DNA of 64,000 bases from Chrysomallon squamiferum (lineage: Eukaryota; Animalia; Mollusca): the NCBI GenBank assembly GCA_012295275.1, contig CM022673.1, positions 8,804,001-8,868,000 on the forward strand. Direction: 5' to 3'. The position numbers and the translations under genes were made by a program. The notes beneath the pieces are model-generated. The model ran no database searches, was not told the origin of the DNA, and saw only the letters and a program-made list of their open reading frames with translations. Shown here piece after piece: positions 62,566-64,000 of the stretch; positions within the stretch are counted from its first letter, which is position 1, and each line of letters starts with the position of its first letter.

Positions 62566-62680
62566 ACACATTCTTATATGCACATATATGAATATAAAGG
62601 AATTCTCGAACACTGTCATATATACATTCTTATATGCACATATATGAATATAATGAATTCTCGAACACTGTCATATATAT
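62566..62680. repeat. Tandem duplication of about 57 bp
   Basis: CATTCTTATATGCACATATATGAATATAA(A/T)G..AATTCTCGAACACTGTCATATATA occurs twice in a row. Confidence 0.9.
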
Positions 62681-63068
62681 ATTATTACGAAAAATTGTCC
62701 AAAGAAACATCATATATTGTTCATCTTATGTTAATGATTGATTGTCTTGCCGGAGAATAATTTCATGCCTTTTCAGATCATTTATCTCTCTATACCTATT
62801 ATTTTACAAAATAAGATGATCAGATTACCATCTATATTCATTTCAGTTTTTCTACGTAAATGATCTGTCATGTTGTCTGGAAACTTTATAATTATTTTTA
62901 ATTTTAATAAACGTATTTATAGTAACAAGAACTGACAGTGGTTACAAATCATTTGTCGTGACGTAGGCTATGCTTTTATACTTAAGAAATACAGATTAAC
63001 AACAAAAATAATAAAACAACAATGGGCCGAGTTTATTCAGTGTTTTATGACCTTTTTATAATAATAAT

Positions 63069-63099
<31 letters not shown>

Positions 63100-63903
63100 G
63101 GAACAATATGAAAAGAAGAAGAACAACAACAACAACAGTAACAAATATAAAGATTATACGATGAAAATGAGAATATTGTTTATGATAATAACGACGACAA
63201 TAATGATGATGATGACGACAATAATTCTAACAAGACCATACATCACATACATACATGCATACATACATACACACACTCACACTCACATACAAGCATGCAT
63301 ACAAAAACAAAATTATAAATATACATAAACATACATACGTACACATACATATAAAAGTGTAATATGTGATTACCACTGCAGTAGATAACTGTGGCGCTCT
63401 GGAACGACACCTAGAAGACGATACGACAAGATGGTTGTTGAGATGGTCCAACGACACTCGAGTACTGAGAGGTCAGTTGCTTGTGATACACAAGTGATCA
63501 ATTAGATTCTAATCAAGGTTCGATTCTGCTCTTGGTGACAGGTCCAGGAAACACTGTCTTCAAAACTCTTCGCCAATTACGGGGTAATCACTGATTGCAT
63601 ACGGAGAATGAACCAGGATGACATGCAGGGGATCTGCGTGTGCTGTGGTAAATGATGGTTGTTTACACACGCAAGACAAATCATGGGGACGGAAAGGTGA
63701 TTGGTTGTACATGGAAAAGAAACCGAGCCATGAGTAAACGTAAATGTTGTGCAGAAATTATAATTTTAATGTGTTAGAAGTAAAAAAACGTACTGTGGAT
63801 ATCCGTTCCTTTGTTTCTGTCTGTCTCTCTCTCTCTTGTTTTCTTTCTTTTTTTCTTTTCAGTGTTTTTATCCATCCCTCTCTAACACATATATATATAT
63901 TTG

Positions 63904-63937
<34 letters not shown>

Positions 63938-64000
63938 TGTATGTATGTATGTATGTATCTCTCTTGCTTCTCTCTGTATGTCCTATCTTTTTTCTTTCTC

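Noticed and set aside
59340-63720. GC-richer patches (about 59340-59700, 60215-60365, 63375-63720) as exons of another gene
   Set aside because: The frames I tried hit stops quickly and gave no recognisable motif. UTR or non-coding exons cannot be excluded without RNA data.

Overview
This is AT-rich, microsatellite-laden eukaryotic (animal, probably lophotrochozoan/molluscan) genomic DNA with spliced genes. Most short ORFs in the supplied track are translations of simple repeats. Positions 1-38 kb hold a tandem cluster of at least four chitin synthase-like (GT2) genes. Copy A is only its last exon (+, ends 527). Copies B (+, 2052-13493) and C (+, 17072-24838) are complete recent duplicates. 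Copy D (-, 35823-26104) is an older divergent paralog lying tail-to-tail with C. B, C and D could each be assembled by hand into 10 coding exons with matching intron phases and open frames (about 1280, 1263 and 1238 aa). They keep the catalytic motifs (DxD, QxFEY, EDR, QRRRW, WGTR). They are atypical in three ways: an approximately 200-250 aa low-complexity insertion inside the GT2 domain, almost no N-terminal cytoplasmic region (no myosin motor head), and a short C-terminus. Copy C looks like an A/B mosaic with clustered substitutions in its membrane region. A 10-exon DNAJC1 (ERdj1/MTJ1) gene lies head-to-head with D at 41339-50528 (+). The last 13 kb has no recognisable gene, only microsatellites, a small MITE and degenerate tandem repeats. 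All gene models were read by eye and have not been checked against transcripts or databases.
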